Source of the DNA: an uncultured Candidatus Saccharibacteria bacterium | GTDB lineage: Bacteria; Patescibacteriota; Minisyncoccia; UBA6257; 1-14-0-10-44-23 | Assembly (NCBI GenBank): GCA_964394435.1 | Contig: CAYMXN010000001.1 | Coordinates: 170,428-234,427, forward strand | Direction of reading: 5' to 3' | Length of the DNA: 64,000 nucleotides | Shown: positions 10,297 through 23,820 of the stretch, one piece after another | How the letters are laid out: each line of letters opens with the position of its first letter | Numbering within the stretch: position 1 is the first letter of the stretch | Notes under the pieces: model-generated | What the model was told of the DNA's origin: nothing | What the model saw: the letters and a program-made list of their open reading frames with translations, nothing else | The model's database searches: none | Translations under genes and position numbers: made by a program

Positions 10297-10332
10297 AAAC
10301 ATTCCTACATTCTGCAGAATGTAGGAATGTTT
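10297..10332. repeat. Perfect 36-bp palindrome (REP-like)
   Basis: AAACATTCCTACATTCTG|CAGAATGTAGGAATGTTT with no loop. Confidence 0.85.
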
Positions 10333-10391
10333 ACGATGGGCGTAAATAAAAAGCACGCAGAGGTCGGATGACCAACTGCGTGTGAAAGGAG

Positions 10392-10823
10392 CTACTTCTT
10401 TTTCGGAATCGGGGGAGGGATGCGTTTGTTTTTTATTCTCGTGATTATTTCGAAGAGCTGTTTGAGCTGATCGGAAAACCCGAGAGTCTTCGCGGCATCA
10501 TAGAACGTTTCGATCGGAGTGATTCCGGTGTCGCAGGCGTGTATGAATTGCGCGAGACTTTCGGCAAACTTTCCCCCAATGAGCTCGGCTGCCTGCCAAA
10601 GCGCCGCAATCTTCTCTTCCGTTTTCTTGAGGCGGTAGACGAGGAGGTGGCGGGTTTCGCGTGTGCCGCTCGTGTCCATCGAGCTATCACTTCTGCGCTT
10701 TACCGAGAGGAGTAGTCGATTCTGTATGGAGCCGACCCGAGGTGTCCGGTAATCATCGAAACTGACGATTTCGATTTTTCCTTCGGGGGTGCGTCCGAGG
10801 TAGTACGTGACCGCGTGATGCAT
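10392..10823 (-). CDS. Orphan hypothetical protein
   Basis: AAGGA SD, 143 aa ORF, terminator hairpin at ~10348-10385. Confidence 0.65.
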   Translation of the reverse strand: MHHAVTYYLGRTPEGKIEIVSFDDYRTPRVGSIQNRLLLSVKRRSDSSMDTSGTRETRHLLVYRLKKTEEKIAALWQAAELIGGKFAESLAQFIHACDTGITPIETFYDAAKTLGFSDQLKQLFEIITRIKNKRIPPPIPKKK

Positions 10824-10889
10824 AGCTTGATTCCTTTTATAGGTGCTTTTCTTACCCTATGCTTTTTAAAAATATTTGTCGAGATTATA

Positions 10890-11228
10890 AATAAAAAAGC
10901 CGCAGGTCTCTTGTGGAGTTGCGGCAGAGTCTGATCTCGCACCTTGCGAGACAGAGGGCTCGGCGAGTGGTGAGCCTCGCCTGGTTGTTGACGGAGAGCA
11001 GCTTCATCAGGGAAGGGATCGGAAACCTAGTTTGCTGCTCGCGCGATACTTTTACCAAATGTTTCTCTTTCAAGGATCGCTCCTTGTATCCGCTTGAGGC
11101 GAACTAACCCGCGGGCTAGTTTGCGGTCCAGCACGTGGTCCTGGCTTGCTGGAGTTTAATCTGATATCGGTTGTCGCGAATCAGCGATCTTTGCGTTTTT
11201 GATTACGCTTAGATCCCGTTGCTGATAA
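10890..11228 (-). ncRNA. Putative ~340-nt structured RNA
   Basis: TTGACG-N16-TATGAT promoter (11261-11234), several hairpins, terminator GCCGCA...TGCGGC + T-tract. Confidence 0.5.
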
Positions 11229-11305
11229 TCTTAATCATATTGAGTTATTTTTTTGCGTCAAATAAAAAACTCTGAATATGTGGGTGTATATTCAGAGTTG
11301 GTATC

Positions 11306-11602
11306 TTACGATGCGCTCGCTAGGATCAGCTTGCGTCCCGATGAGTTGCCGAGCGCGAGGGAGACAATCGCTTGCTCGCCGCTGGCGTGGAGCCGGACTT
11401 TGTACTTTGGGTCGACGAGCGTAGCGACGGGACACTTGATTCGCTGTTGACCTCGAAGATCAATCTCATACAGAGACTTTCCGCGAATCCTTTCGAGGAT
11501 GCGGGTGATTACCGGAGAGCTTGGTTCGCCATAGAGAACTAGTCTGCCTGCGGGCATATATCTCCTTTTTTGTAGGCAGAAGGGCTTCTTATAGAGTGCC
11601 AT
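11306..11602 (-). CDS. Orphan hypothetical protein (start may be the SD-led ATG at 11557)
   Basis: 98 aa ORF followed by terminator hairpin ~11267-11298. Confidence 0.5.
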   Translation of the reverse strand: MALYKKPFCLQKRRYMPAGRLVLYGEPSSPVITRILERIRGKSLYEIDLRGQQRIKCPVATLVDPKYKVRLHASGEQAIVSLALGNSSGRKLILASAS

Positions 11603-11635
11603 TTTTCTCTATATTTATCCACATCCACCTATCTA

Positions 11636-11664
11636 TTGACGCTTTTTCTGCCTTTTGATACACT
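11636..11664 (+). promoter_or_regulatory. Putative sigma70 promoter of the 23S-5S unit
   Basis: TTGACG-N17-TACACT upstream of a ~500-nt structured leader. Confidence 0.6.
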
Positions 11665-12171
11665 ACTGGGCATTGGTCATTAACCCACCTAATGCGAAAT
11701 AACTTATACATTGCGGCAACAAACCATTCAACCTTTTCCTAACCGGGAAAGTTTTGTATTGCGTTTGACTCGCCGCTCTGAATGAGCGGTTTTTCTTTAG
11801 ATGATTTAGTTGACTAACGAACTTTTAAAAATCCAGTTTTGCATCATCGCTCCGCAAGTTGCATCGAGAGGTGCGCGGTTCGCACATAGTGCGTTTCATA
11901 ATGCGTGTGTGATTTTGCAGAATATATAGTTTCGCGTTTTTTCTAGGGGAAAAACCGCGAGACAGTTTTGTATCACCTCATGACATCGATGGTGGTGCAA
12001 AGCAAACACGTTTTACGAGTAGCAGACACTGTTATCCGTTTGTGAAAGGTAAAACAAAAATGTTCTGGTTTACACACGCGTCGCATTGCGTGGTAAATGC
12101 AGTTCGCATTCATATATGAAGAGTATTTGAATGATCAGTTTAGACTTTTGTCGCAAGACAAAAGAAATATG

Positions 12172-15205
<3,034 letters not shown>

Positions 15206-15370
15206 TACATATTTTTTCTGGTCTTATATGAGCACACACTTAAGAGTGTTCATATGAGATACGGAATTCTAAACTGATCATTCAAGTACTTCATCAAACA
15301 AGTACTTGTACCAATACCCCTAGAGCGCTTCAAACGCTCGTCTGAAAAACCCGTAATTGTCTTTAAGGGT

Positions 15371-15490
15371 TTCTCGGTGATTTAGTTCTGTGTGTCCCAC
15401 CTCTTCCCATTCCGAACAGAGAAGTGAAAGCACAGTTCGCTGATGATACTTACTGCAAACCGCGGTTGGGAAAGTAGGCTTCGCCGGGAT
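15371..15490 (+). rRNA. rrf: 5S rRNA
   Basis: CCCATTCCGAAC...GAAGTGAAA and GATGATACT motifs, helix I closure, position after 23S. Confidence 0.93.
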
Positions 15491-15594
15491 TCCTTTGTAG
15501 AGAATTGCGGGTTTTTTGTTTGACGAAATCTTTTAGATACGATACGTTGAAGAAAGTGGGTAGCGTCTCCTTTCAATTACAAGGGGGTCTACGT

Positions 15595-15735
15595 ATGAAA
15601 AAGGTGCTGTCTGCAGTCATCGTGGTACTCATTGGTGCTGCTATCCTGTATGTTTTGGAAAATTGGTGTCGACTCTTTGGCACTGGCTCAGCTCGCTATG
15701 TCGATCCTGATGACTTCGAAGAACGTCTTCGATAA
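15595..15735 (+). CDS. Small single-TM membrane protein (46 aa)
   Basis: TTGACG promoter, GGGGG SD, MKK + hydrophobic helix, downstream terminator. Confidence 0.55.
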   Translation: MKKVLSAVIVVLIGAAILYVLENWCRLFGTGSARYVDPDDFEERLR

Positions 15736-15965
15736 CTGTTCACTTGCTTGGGTTGCTTGCCCGATACCTACTTTCTTCGGAAAGAAAGGGTCGGGCGGTT
15801 TTTTTATTGAAAATAAAATGCCCCGGACTCGTGTGAGTGCGCGGGGCGGAGAGACGAGCGGGTTACTCGTTGGTGATCGGGTTGGTGAACCCGGAGGCGC
15901 TTTTCCGTCTCGGTTCCTCGGTCGCCTGCGGGTAGAGCCCGGATCTGCGCCATGGCGATCGACTC

Positions 15966-16217
15966 CTAGGCCTTGCTGGTGGCCGGCTGGTGTGCTCGTT
16001 CACGGATGACCACGATGTACGCCTTGGTGCCTTTCGGCCGGGGCATTTCGGGGTCTTGGTGAATCTTGCGACACATGTCGCAGACGTGGTCGCTCGCCGG
16101 GTCAATGGACTTCGGCGCGTGCTCCACCTTCTTGGCGACTTCGCCACAGTTGGTCTGGAGTCTGGCTCCTGCCGCCGGTCGCTTGGTCGCTTCGATGATG
16201 TGATGCTGATGCTTCAC
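15966..16217 (-). CDS. Small putative zinc-binding orphan protein
   Basis: GGAGGG SD before GTG; H...C...CxxC pattern. Confidence 0.55.
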   Translation of the reverse strand: MKHQHHIIEATKRPAAGARLQTNCGEVAKKVEHAPKSIDPASDHVCDMCRKIHQDPEMPRPKGTKAYIVVIRERAHQPATSKA

Positions 16218-16347
16218 GAAACCCTCCCAGGTTGAGGAAACACTGCCCATTTAATGTATGAGATTTTTGTCCTTTGGTCAATTTCCGCCAAAGTCCGTGC
16301 CAAAGGCAGGCGGGCGGACAAGTTGACGCGTGATATAATAAATAGTA

Positions 16348-17838
16348 ATGATCTTGATTAAGAATAGTTTGGTTGTTGATGGAACGGGGAGTAAGCCGCA
16401 GCAACTTGATGTGCTTATTAAAGACAATCGTATTTCGGCGATTGGTAATTTTTCGACTCATCCTGCCGAGATGGTTATTGATGGACAGGGTGCGTATCTT
16501 ACTCCGGGATTTATTGATATTAATACTGACTCTGATCATTATTTGAGCCTTTTTTCTGATCCGATTCAGCAGGATTTTCTCCTACAAGGCGTTACTACGA
16601 TTATTGGTGGGCACTGTGGAAGTAGTTTAGCGCCTCTTTTATATGGCAGCCTGGAGAGTATTCGCAAATGGGGCGATGAGAATCAGGTAAACCTTGATTG
16701 GCACAGCGTCGCTGAATTATTTGCTTTACTTGAAAAACGTAAATTAGGCGTGAATTTTGGCACACTTGTTGGGCACTCGACTATTCGTCGTGCGCTTATC
16801 GGTGATGTGCCACGCGATTTAACTGATGCCGAACTTGAGGTGTTTAAAAAAGTGCTCGAGGCTGCGCTACGAGAGGGTGCGCTCGGACTTTCAACGGGGC
16901 TGGGGTATAACCATGGGCGGAGTGCTGGTTTTCTTGAAATCAAGATGTTGACCGATATTGTGGCGCGTTTTGGCGGTGTGTACGCGACGCATCTACGTGA
17001 TGAGGGGAAAGATGTCGGCAAGGCGGTTGATGAGACGATTCAAATCGCACAGTCGAGCAAGGTTAAGACGCTTATTAGTCATTTCCGGCCGATTGTTGGT
17101 AATGAGGCTCTTTATGAAGAAGCTTTGAGTGAGGTGGAGCGCGTAGGAAGTCGTTTTGACGTTGCGTTTGATCTCTATCCATTTGATTACAGTATCGTGC
17201 CGATTTATACGCTTTTGCCAATTTGGGCTCAAGATGGAAGTCTTGAAGATATGTATGAGCAGATGACGCAAAAGCACACTCAAGAAGAGGTGCTTAAGGG
17301 TATCGCGAGTATTACTGGCGATGATTTAGTGATCGCGCGTGCACCGGGATTTGATTATTTAGTTGGTAAGACATTGGCACAGTTTGCGGCTTCGCGGGAG
17401 ATGAAACTAAAGCCAGCGCTGTTTGAGTTGATGAAGATTTCTAAACTTAAAGCGGTACTTTTTTATCGCAATATTAATATGAGTGTTTCCGAGCGTGCGC
17501 TACTTTCTGATTCTTCATTTGTTGCGTCAAACAGTCCGAGTCTGATTGAGACGAAAAATATTTTAGAGAACCAGCGCGCTAAAGAAACATTTACTCGTTT
17601 TATGAGTATAGCGGCGCGTGTCGGTAAGCCGATTGAGTGGGTTATTCAAAAGTTCACACAAAAACCTGCCCAGTTTTTAGGGCTGAAAGGAAGGGGTGCG
17701 ATTACCGAAGGTGCGTTTGCTGATGTGGTACTTTTGCGTGATGGACGGGCGACTGATGTTTGGGTCAATGGCGTTCGAGTGGTTAATAATGGCTCTATTG
17801 CTAGTGTTTTAGCCGGTTCAATTTTGAAGCGAACCTAG
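16348..17838 (+). CDS. N-acyl-D-amino-acid deacylase-like amidohydrolase
   Basis: VVDGTG, TPGFIDINTDSD, QGVTT..GHCG, YATHLRDEG, RGAITEGAFADVV. Confidence 0.88.
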   Translation: MILIKNSLVVDGTGSKPQQLDVLIKDNRISAIGNFSTHPAEMVIDGQGAYLTPGFIDINTDSDHYLSLFSDPIQQDFLLQGVTTIIGGHCGSSLAPLLYGSLESIRKWGDENQVNLDWHSVAELFALLEKRKLGVNFGTLVGHSTIRRALIGDVPRDLTDAELEVFKKVLEAALREGALGLSTGLGYNHGRSAGFLEIKMLTDIVARFGGVYATHLRDEGKDVGKAVDETIQIAQSSKVKTLISHFRPIVGNEALYEEALSEVERVGSRFDVAFDLYPFDYSIVPIYTLLPIWAQDGSLEDMYEQMTQKHTQEEVLKGIASITGDDLVIARAPGFDYLVGKTLAQFAASREMKLKPALFELMKISKLKAVLFYRNINMSVSERALLSDSSFVASNSPSLIETKNILENQRAKETFTRFMSIAARVGKPIEWVIQKFTQKPAQFLGLKGRGAITEGAFADVVLLRDGRATDVWVNGVRVVNNGSIASVLAGSILKRT

Positions 17839-17839
17839 T

Positions 17840-18964
17840 ATGAATCGAGGATTTGAAGCGCCGCGCTTAATCAAACAAGGACATAAGCCTGATTACCTGA
17901 TTTTATTTTGCCTAGGTTTTTTGCTTATTTTTGGGTTGATTATGCTTAGTAGTGCTTCGTCAAACCTCGCGACGGCGGCGTTTGGTGATCCGTATTACTA
18001 TGTAAAGCATCAATTCCTTTCTGGTGTTTTGCCTGGTATTGTCGGATTTTTAATCGCTTCGAAGATTTATTATGGCAGGTATCGCTCGCCAAAGTTGAGC
18101 ATTCCATTTTTGGTACTTACGATTATTTTGCTTGGCTTAGTTTTTACCCCGTTTGGGTTTACCGCAAAGGGTGCGACGCGCTGGATAGCGCTTGGCCCAA
18201 TTACGTTTCAGCCCGCCGAACTTTTAAAGATATCGCTTGTATTGTATTTAGCTGGCTGGTTAGTGCGTGGCGGTGGTAGGCAGAAGAGTTTTAAACAGGG
18301 ACTGCTCCCATTTTTAGTTATTTTGGGATTTATCTCATCATTTCTTATTCTTCAGAATAGTACGAGTCCAGTGGCGATTTTAGTTATAGTTTCGTTGGCT
18401 ATGTATTTTGCGAGTGGCGCGCGCTGGCGCTATATTTTTGGTATTTTTATGATCGCGCTTGTCGCACTCGCTTTGATCATTAAGATTACGCCGTATCGTG
18501 CGCAGCGGTTTTTATCATTTTTAAATCCTGAAGCTGACCCGCAAACAACGGGATATCATATTATTCAGGCAAAGAGTGCGATTGGCGCCGGTGGATTGAC
18601 TGGAGTTGGGTATGGGCAGTCGACGGTGAAGTTTCGTTTACCGGAGCCATTTGGTGACTCAATTTTCGCGGTTATCGCCGAAGAGTTTGGGTTTGTTGGC
18701 TCAACGATACTTATTGGGGTGATTATGCTTCTTGTGCTGCGTATGATGCTTATCGCCCAGCAGTGTCGGGATAAGTTTGGCCAGCTTTTACTTGTCGGAT
18801 TTGGTTCGATTATCGCGGTTCAGTCGATTGTAAACATCGGTGCGATGAGCGGTGCTTTGCCGCTTACGGGTACGCCATTGCCATTTATTAGTTACGGAGG
18901 TACGGCGCTAGCGATTATGCTGACGATGATGGGTATTGTGGTAAACGTGACCAAGTACGATTAA
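17840..18964 (+). CDS. ftsW: SEDS peptidoglycan glycosyltransferase FtsW/RodA
   Basis: GATRWI, FQPAELLK, D.IFAVIAEEFG, LPFISYGGT; near murG. Confidence 0.93.
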   Translation: MNRGFEAPRLIKQGHKPDYLILFCLGFLLIFGLIMLSSASSNLATAAFGDPYYYVKHQFLSGVLPGIVGFLIASKIYYGRYRSPKLSIPFLVLTIILLGLVFTPFGFTAKGATRWIALGPITFQPAELLKISLVLYLAGWLVRGGGRQKSFKQGLLPFLVILGFISSFLILQNSTSPVAILVIVSLAMYFASGARWRYIFGIFMIALVALALIIKITPYRAQRFLSFLNPEADPQTTGYHIIQAKSAIGAGGLTGVGYGQSTVKFRLPEPFGDSIFAVIAEEFGFVGSTILIGVIMLLVLRMMLIAQQCRDKFGQLLLVGFGSIIAVQSIVNIGAMSGALPLTGTPLPFISYGGTALAIMLTMMGIVVNVTKYD

Positions 18965-19008
18965 TAGAAATTAAAATGGCGAAGCACCTGTGTGCTTCGC
19001 CATAGATC

Positions 19009-19416
19009 TCATCTCTCGAACCTGTCGCCCCGGTATTGAGCCTCGGAGCTCGGCATGGAGGGGGTTGGTCTCCCGCATCCCGAAGTGGGGGCGGGATTCG
19101 CGCATCGTTCGCAGGAGTTCTGTCCGACGAACAGAAGCGTCCACATGAACTCCTTGCAGCCTTTGCACTGAACTCTCGCGTACGCCTTGCCGCGGGTCAT
19201 TTTGATGCCCTTTTTCCCCGTCGTCGGACAGACCGAGAAGAGGGTATCGACGCGCGCTTCCAGAGGCCTTTCGTATCTCTCAAACGCTTCGCGATCCTTT
19301 TTCGACATGCCAGACGTATCGAAGAGGGCGTGTGCCTGTCTCCGAGCCTCATCCGCGTCGATCTTGTCGTCATGGAAGAGCTGCGCGATCGCCTCGAGCT
19401 TCCGATGGAAGTCCAT
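19009..19416 (-). CDS. Orphan Cys-rich (zinc-ribbon-like) protein
   Basis: TTGACA-N17-TAATAT promoter, AGGAG SD, CxxC pairs, terminator at ~18975-19003. Confidence 0.6.
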   Translation of the reverse strand: MDFHRKLEAIAQLFHDDKIDADEARRQAHALFDTSGMSKKDREAFERYERPLEARVDTLFSVCPTTGKKGIKMTRGKAYARVQCKGCKEFMWTLLFVGQNSCERCANPAPTSGCGRPTPSMPSSEAQYRGDRFER

Positions 19417-19577
19417 TGTAGCCTTCTCCTGGATTCGAATTGGACAAAATATATATTAGCAGTATTTTGTATATTTGTCAATTATCGATAGGGTGGGAAT
19501 TGTATCAATTATTCCTCGTTTCATTTCGACTACTTATACGTTAAAATATATAGGAGGCGGTAAAGCCTTTTTTATCG

Positions 19578-20744
19578 ATGGCTAAATCATTTAAATTTCG
19601 CGTTCTTTTATTAGGAGGCGGTACGGGCGGGCACATCTTTCCGCTTGTTGCGGTTGGAAAAACGCTCAAAGATTACTGTTTAAAAAATCAGATTGATTTA
19701 GATCTGCGGTATTTTGGTCAACCTGGACCGTATGAGTTTTATCTTGAGACGCACGGGATAGCGATCAGTAAAGTGGCGGTGAGTAAGTTGCGTCGTTATT
19801 TTTCGATATTAAACTTTTTTGATTTCTTTAAGTTTTTCTTTGGATATTTTCAAGCGATGTGGAAGTTGTTTTGGTTTATGCCGGACGTAGTGTTCAGCAA
19901 AGGCGGTCCGGGGGTGTTGCCGATTATTTTCGCCGCACGATTTTATAACATTCCAATCGTAATACACGAGTCTGATGCTGTTCCGGGGCTTACGACGCGT
20001 ACTTCGGCTAAGCGCGCAGAAATTATCGATGTGGCGTTTGAACAAGCTAAAAAGTACTTTCCAACGCATCCAAATGTGCGCGTTACCGGTGTTCCGGTGC
20101 GCGATAGTCTTTCGACTGGCGATAGTCGGGCGGAGTCGCGCTTAAGTCTTGGGCTGCTTGATGCGAAGCCGACCATTTTGATTTTAGGAGGTTCACAGGG
20201 AGCGCAAAATCTGAACTATTTCTTTTTAGAGAACTGTCAGCTGATTTTGTCTAAGTACGAGGTGATACACCAGATTGGTCGGGAGAACTTTGTTGGGTTT
20301 CAGCAGGAGTATGAGTTTATGACAAAGAACTTTCCGATTGATTTAAAGAAAAACTATTTACCATTTGCGTTTTTGGATGATGAAAAGTTGGCGATGGCGA
20401 TTAACGCTGCAGATGTGATTGTCTCGCGGGCCGGTGCTGGTTCGATCAGTGAGCTTTCCGCATTTGGTAAGCCAGCGATTCTTGTTCCACTGCCTGATTC
20501 AGCTAATGACCATCAGCGTGAAAACGCGTATACGTATGCACAAGCCGGTGGAGCGATTGTTATTGAGGAAAACAACTTATTGCCAAATGTATTTGTGACT
20601 CAGGTTGATAAGTTGCTTCAAAATATGGCGATTTATGATCGTATGAGCGAGTCAGCACGTCGGTTTTATAAGTCAGACGCGGCTCAACTCATCACCCAGG
20701 ACATTATTGAGGCTTCGCATATTTTAAGGTATTATTCCGCGTAA
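19578..20744 (+). CDS. murG: Lipid II GlcNAc transferase MurG
   Basis: GGGTGGHIFP, HESDAVPG, GGSQGA, SRAGAGS, HQRENA. Confidence 0.96.
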   Translation: MAKSFKFRVLLLGGGTGGHIFPLVAVGKTLKDYCLKNQIDLDLRYFGQPGPYEFYLETHGIAISKVAVSKLRRYFSILNFFDFFKFFFGYFQAMWKLFWFMPDVVFSKGGPGVLPIIFAARFYNIPIVIHESDAVPGLTTRTSAKRAEIIDVAFEQAKKYFPTHPNVRVTGVPVRDSLSTGDSRAESRLSLGLLDAKPTILILGGSQGAQNLNYFFLENCQLILSKYEVIHQIGRENFVGFQQEYEFMTKNFPIDLKKNYLPFAFLDDEKLAMAINAADVIVSRAGAGSISELSAFGKPAILVPLPDSANDHQRENAYTYAQAGGAIVIEENNLLPNVFVTQVDKLLQNMAIYDRMSESARRFYKSDAAQLITQDIIEASHILRYYSA

Positions 20745-20748
20745 ACCC

Positions 20749-22179
20749 ATGAGTACTAACGATCAATCTGGTAAGCCAATTCGTGTCCGTATGGCGCCAT
20801 CGCCAACGGGTAGTTTGCATATCGGTGGAGTGCGTACGGCGCTTTATAATATGCTGTTTGCTCGTAAACTTGGTGGTACGTTTATTTTACGTATCGAAGA
20901 TACTGATGCGGAGCGTTCGACTAAGGCGTTTGAACAGGAGATTTTGGATAGTTTCGCCTGGTCGGGGATTGTGTTTGATGAGGGCGTGATGCCGGATGGT
21001 TCTGAAAAAGGTGCGTATGGTCCGTATCGCCAAACCGAGTGCTTAGACTCATACGAAAAGCATTTAGCTCGTATTCTTGAAGAAGGTAAGGCGTATTATT
21101 GTTTTTGCTCAAAGGAAGAGCTCGAGGCGCAGGCGGCTGATGGTCCAGCTGAAGGCGTTGCTCCAAAGTATAGCGGAAAGTGTAGCTCGACTAGTTTGGC
21201 GGATGCGCAGGCGCGCATTGCTGGTGGTGAGGCTCCAGTTATCCGCTTAAAGGTGCCGGCGGAGAAAGTTGTTTTTACAGACTTGATTCGCGGTGAAGTT
21301 GTTTTTGATAACGCGCTGATTGGCGATATCGTAATTGCGAAAGGACTTCGTCAGCCACTTTATAATTTCGCGGTAGTTATTGATGACGCGACGATGCAGA
21401 TTAGTCATGTGATTCGTGGTGAGGAACATCTCGCAAACACGCCAAAGCAAATCGCTATTGCGCAGGCGCTTGGACTTTCGTCGCCACAGTTTGCCCATTT
21501 ACCGATTATTTTGAGTGCGACCGGAAAGGGGAAGATGAGTAAGCGTGATGGTGGTACTACGGTGCGCGAGTATAAAGAGGCCGGCTACTTACCCGAAGCG
21601 TTGTTAAACTTTTTGGTTTTACTTGGGTGGCACCCAAGTGGCGACGAAGAAGTGATGACGCTTGAACAAATGGTTGCGCAGTTTTCACTCGAGCGTGTAC
21701 AGAAATCTGGTGCGAAATTTGATAAGGAAAAATTGAATTGGTTTAACAATCACTATTTGCGATTATTGAGTGATGAAACACTTGCGCAGCTTTCTGGTGC
21801 GCCGGCGAAGTTTGTGCCGCTTTTTAAAGAGCGTGCGAATACATTGATTGAGCTTGGCGTGATGGCGAAGGAGCTTATGACTGTGCCGGAGTATCCAGCG
21901 AGTTTATTAGTCTGGCGTAAGTCGGATGCGGCTGGGGCGAAGGTGTGTTTGACCGCAGCTCGAGCGGTTGTGGCTGGGCTTACCGATGGCATCGATGCCA
22001 GGGCCGTAGAAGGGGCGTTTAGTGGCCTTTTAGCTGAAAAGGGCAAGGGTGATGTACTTTGGCCACTCCGAGTGGCTTTATCGGGTAAAGAGGCCTCTCC
22101 GGGGCCATTTGACCTGATTGTGGCCCTTGGAAAGGCCGAGGCGCTGACCCGGATTGATGCTGGTTTAGCCAAGTTGTAG
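20749..22179 (+). CDS. gltX: Glutamate--tRNA ligase
   Basis: RMAPSPTG..HIGG, RIEDTD, HVIRGEEH, KMSKRDG. Confidence 0.96.
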   Translation: MSTNDQSGKPIRVRMAPSPTGSLHIGGVRTALYNMLFARKLGGTFILRIEDTDAERSTKAFEQEILDSFAWSGIVFDEGVMPDGSEKGAYGPYRQTECLDSYEKHLARILEEGKAYYCFCSKEELEAQAADGPAEGVAPKYSGKCSSTSLADAQARIAGGEAPVIRLKVPAEKVVFTDLIRGEVVFDNALIGDIVIAKGLRQPLYNFAVVIDDATMQISHVIRGEEHLANTPKQIAIAQALGLSSPQFAHLPIILSATGKGKMSKRDGGTTVREYKEAGYLPEALLNFLVLLGWHPSGDEEVMTLEQMVAQFSLERVQKSGAKFDKEKLNWFNNHYLRLLSDETLAQLSGAPAKFVPLFKERANTLIELGVMAKELMTVPEYPASLLVWRKSDAAGAKVCLTAARAVVAGLTDGIDARAVEGAFSGLLAEKGKGDVLWPLRVALSGKEASPGPFDLIVALGKAEALTRIDAGLAKL

Positions 22180-22200
22180 CTCATTTTAAACCTATTACCA

Positions 22201-23475
22201 ATGAAGAAGTTTTCTCATCTTTCGACTGGACTTCTCACGGTGCTCTTGGGCGCCCAACTTATCGTTGGTAATTTTGCGTATGCGGCGGATGTTGATCAAC
22301 TCAAGAGTGCGATTGATCAAAAGGCCAGAGAACTTGAGGCGGTTAATAAGCAACTCGAGGCGACTCAAGATGTACTTGAAGATGTACAGGTGCGCGGAAA
22401 AACACTCAATCAAGAGATTAAACGAATTGATACGAGCTTGAGCCAGGTTGATTTAAGTATTAAGGCTTCGGAAATTAAGATTAGCAAGACCGCGCTCGAG
22501 ATTCAGTCTTTAAATAATTCGATCACTGAAAAAGAGTCGGCGATCGCACTGCGGCGTGATGCGGTTGGACGCTTGCTTCAGCAATTTCAAGAGCGCGATG
22601 GCGAAAGTCTCTTGAGCTTGTTTTTAAAAAATATGAGCTTGTCGCAGAACTTAGCGGAAACTGAAACGATTGATACGCTTAACGATACGCTGCTTGATGA
22701 TGTTTCGACTATTCGACAGCTTAAAGACGATTTGAATCAGCGACTTCAGGATGTGAGTGATAAGAAGAAGTCGATTGAGGCGGAAAATCAAAACTTGAAG
22801 GTAAAGAAGTCGATCGCGGTTGAGCAAAAAGCAGACAAGCAGTCGCTGCTTTCGCAAACCAAAAATCAGGAAAAAGCGTATCAGCAGGTTGTGAGCGAGC
22901 TTGAGAAAAAACAGGCGGAGATTAGTTCGGAAATTGATACGATTGAGCAGCAGCTGCGTGCGAATTTTGACTCAAGCATATTGCCGCTTAAGCGTTCGGG
23001 GGTGTTTGGCAGTCCGGTTGTTAAGGGAGTGATTACCCAGCTCTATGGTTCGACTGCGTTCGCGCAAAAAGCGTATCGCTCAAAGTTTCATAACGGTATC
23101 GACTTTGGTGTAGGCGTTGGTACCCCGATTTATGCTGCCGAAGATGGCAGGATTTTGTCTGCCGGAAATAACGGCAAGGTACAGTATGGAAAGTATATTT
23201 TAGTTAAACATAACAACAATTTGGCGACGCTATACGCCCATCTTTCACGCCAAATGGTCAGCACAGGGGATATCGTGACGAGGGGACAGCTTATTGGGTA
23301 TTCGGGCAATACCGGCTACTCGTTTGGTGCGCACTTACACTTTACCGCGTATTACGAGCCGCCATCGTGTGAGATCGCTCGTACAAATCGTAAGGATTGT
23401 ATTCAACTTCAATCGATTCCAGGGGCTGGGCTTGTCCCAGTTGGTATTACCATCGACCCTGGACAATATCTTTAA
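22201..23475 (+). CDS. Coiled-coil M23 family peptidoglycan endopeptidase
   Basis: Signal peptide, long coiled coil, HNGID and HLH M23 motifs. Confidence 0.92.
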   Translation: MKKFSHLSTGLLTVLLGAQLIVGNFAYAADVDQLKSAIDQKARELEAVNKQLEATQDVLEDVQVRGKTLNQEIKRIDTSLSQVDLSIKASEIKISKTALEIQSLNNSITEKESAIALRRDAVGRLLQQFQERDGESLLSLFLKNMSLSQNLAETETIDTLNDTLLDDVSTIRQLKDDLNQRLQDVSDKKKSIEAENQNLKVKKSIAVEQKADKQSLLSQTKNQEKAYQQVVSELEKKQAEISSEIDTIEQQLRANFDSSILPLKRSGVFGSPVVKGVITQLYGSTAFAQKAYRSKFHNGIDFGVGVGTPIYAAEDGRILSAGNNGKVQYGKYILVKHNNNLATLYAHLSRQMVSTGDIVTRGQLIGYSGNTGYSFGAHLHFTAYYEPPSCEIARTNRKDCIQLQSIPGAGLVPVGITIDPGQYL

Positions 23476-23481
23476 AACATT

Positions 23482-23802
23482 ATGAAACAATTTTTGATTG
23501 TCGGGCTGGTTTTGGTGAGTTTCTTGAGCACGCAAGTAAGTTTTGCGGCGTTTGACGTTTCTGGTTCGCAGTCGCTCGATACGATTAAAAATGCGTTTGA
23601 GTTTGCCAAGCAAAATAGTTCGACGATTGATACCGCACTTTCAGTTGCCAGCACTGCTACGGATGTGGCGAGTAAAACCGACTCGTGGTTTGACACCCAC
23701 GGAATCGATATCAAGGCTATCTTAAAAGCGATTGGGACGGCGTTTGTCTGGGTGGCGAAACTAGTTATCCACGTCGTTGAGTATCTTGTATCGAAATTGT
23801 AG
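23482..23802 (+). CDS. Hypothetical exported/membrane protein
   Basis: Signal peptide and C-terminal amphipathic helix; follows the M23 gene. Confidence 0.7.
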   Translation: MKQFLIVGLVLVSFLSTQVSFAAFDVSGSQSLDTIKNAFEFAKQNSSTIDTALSVASTATDVASKTDSWFDTHGIDIKAILKAIGTAFVWVAKLVIHVVEYLVSKL

Positions 23803-23820
23803 TGGATTTATACTCTTAGT

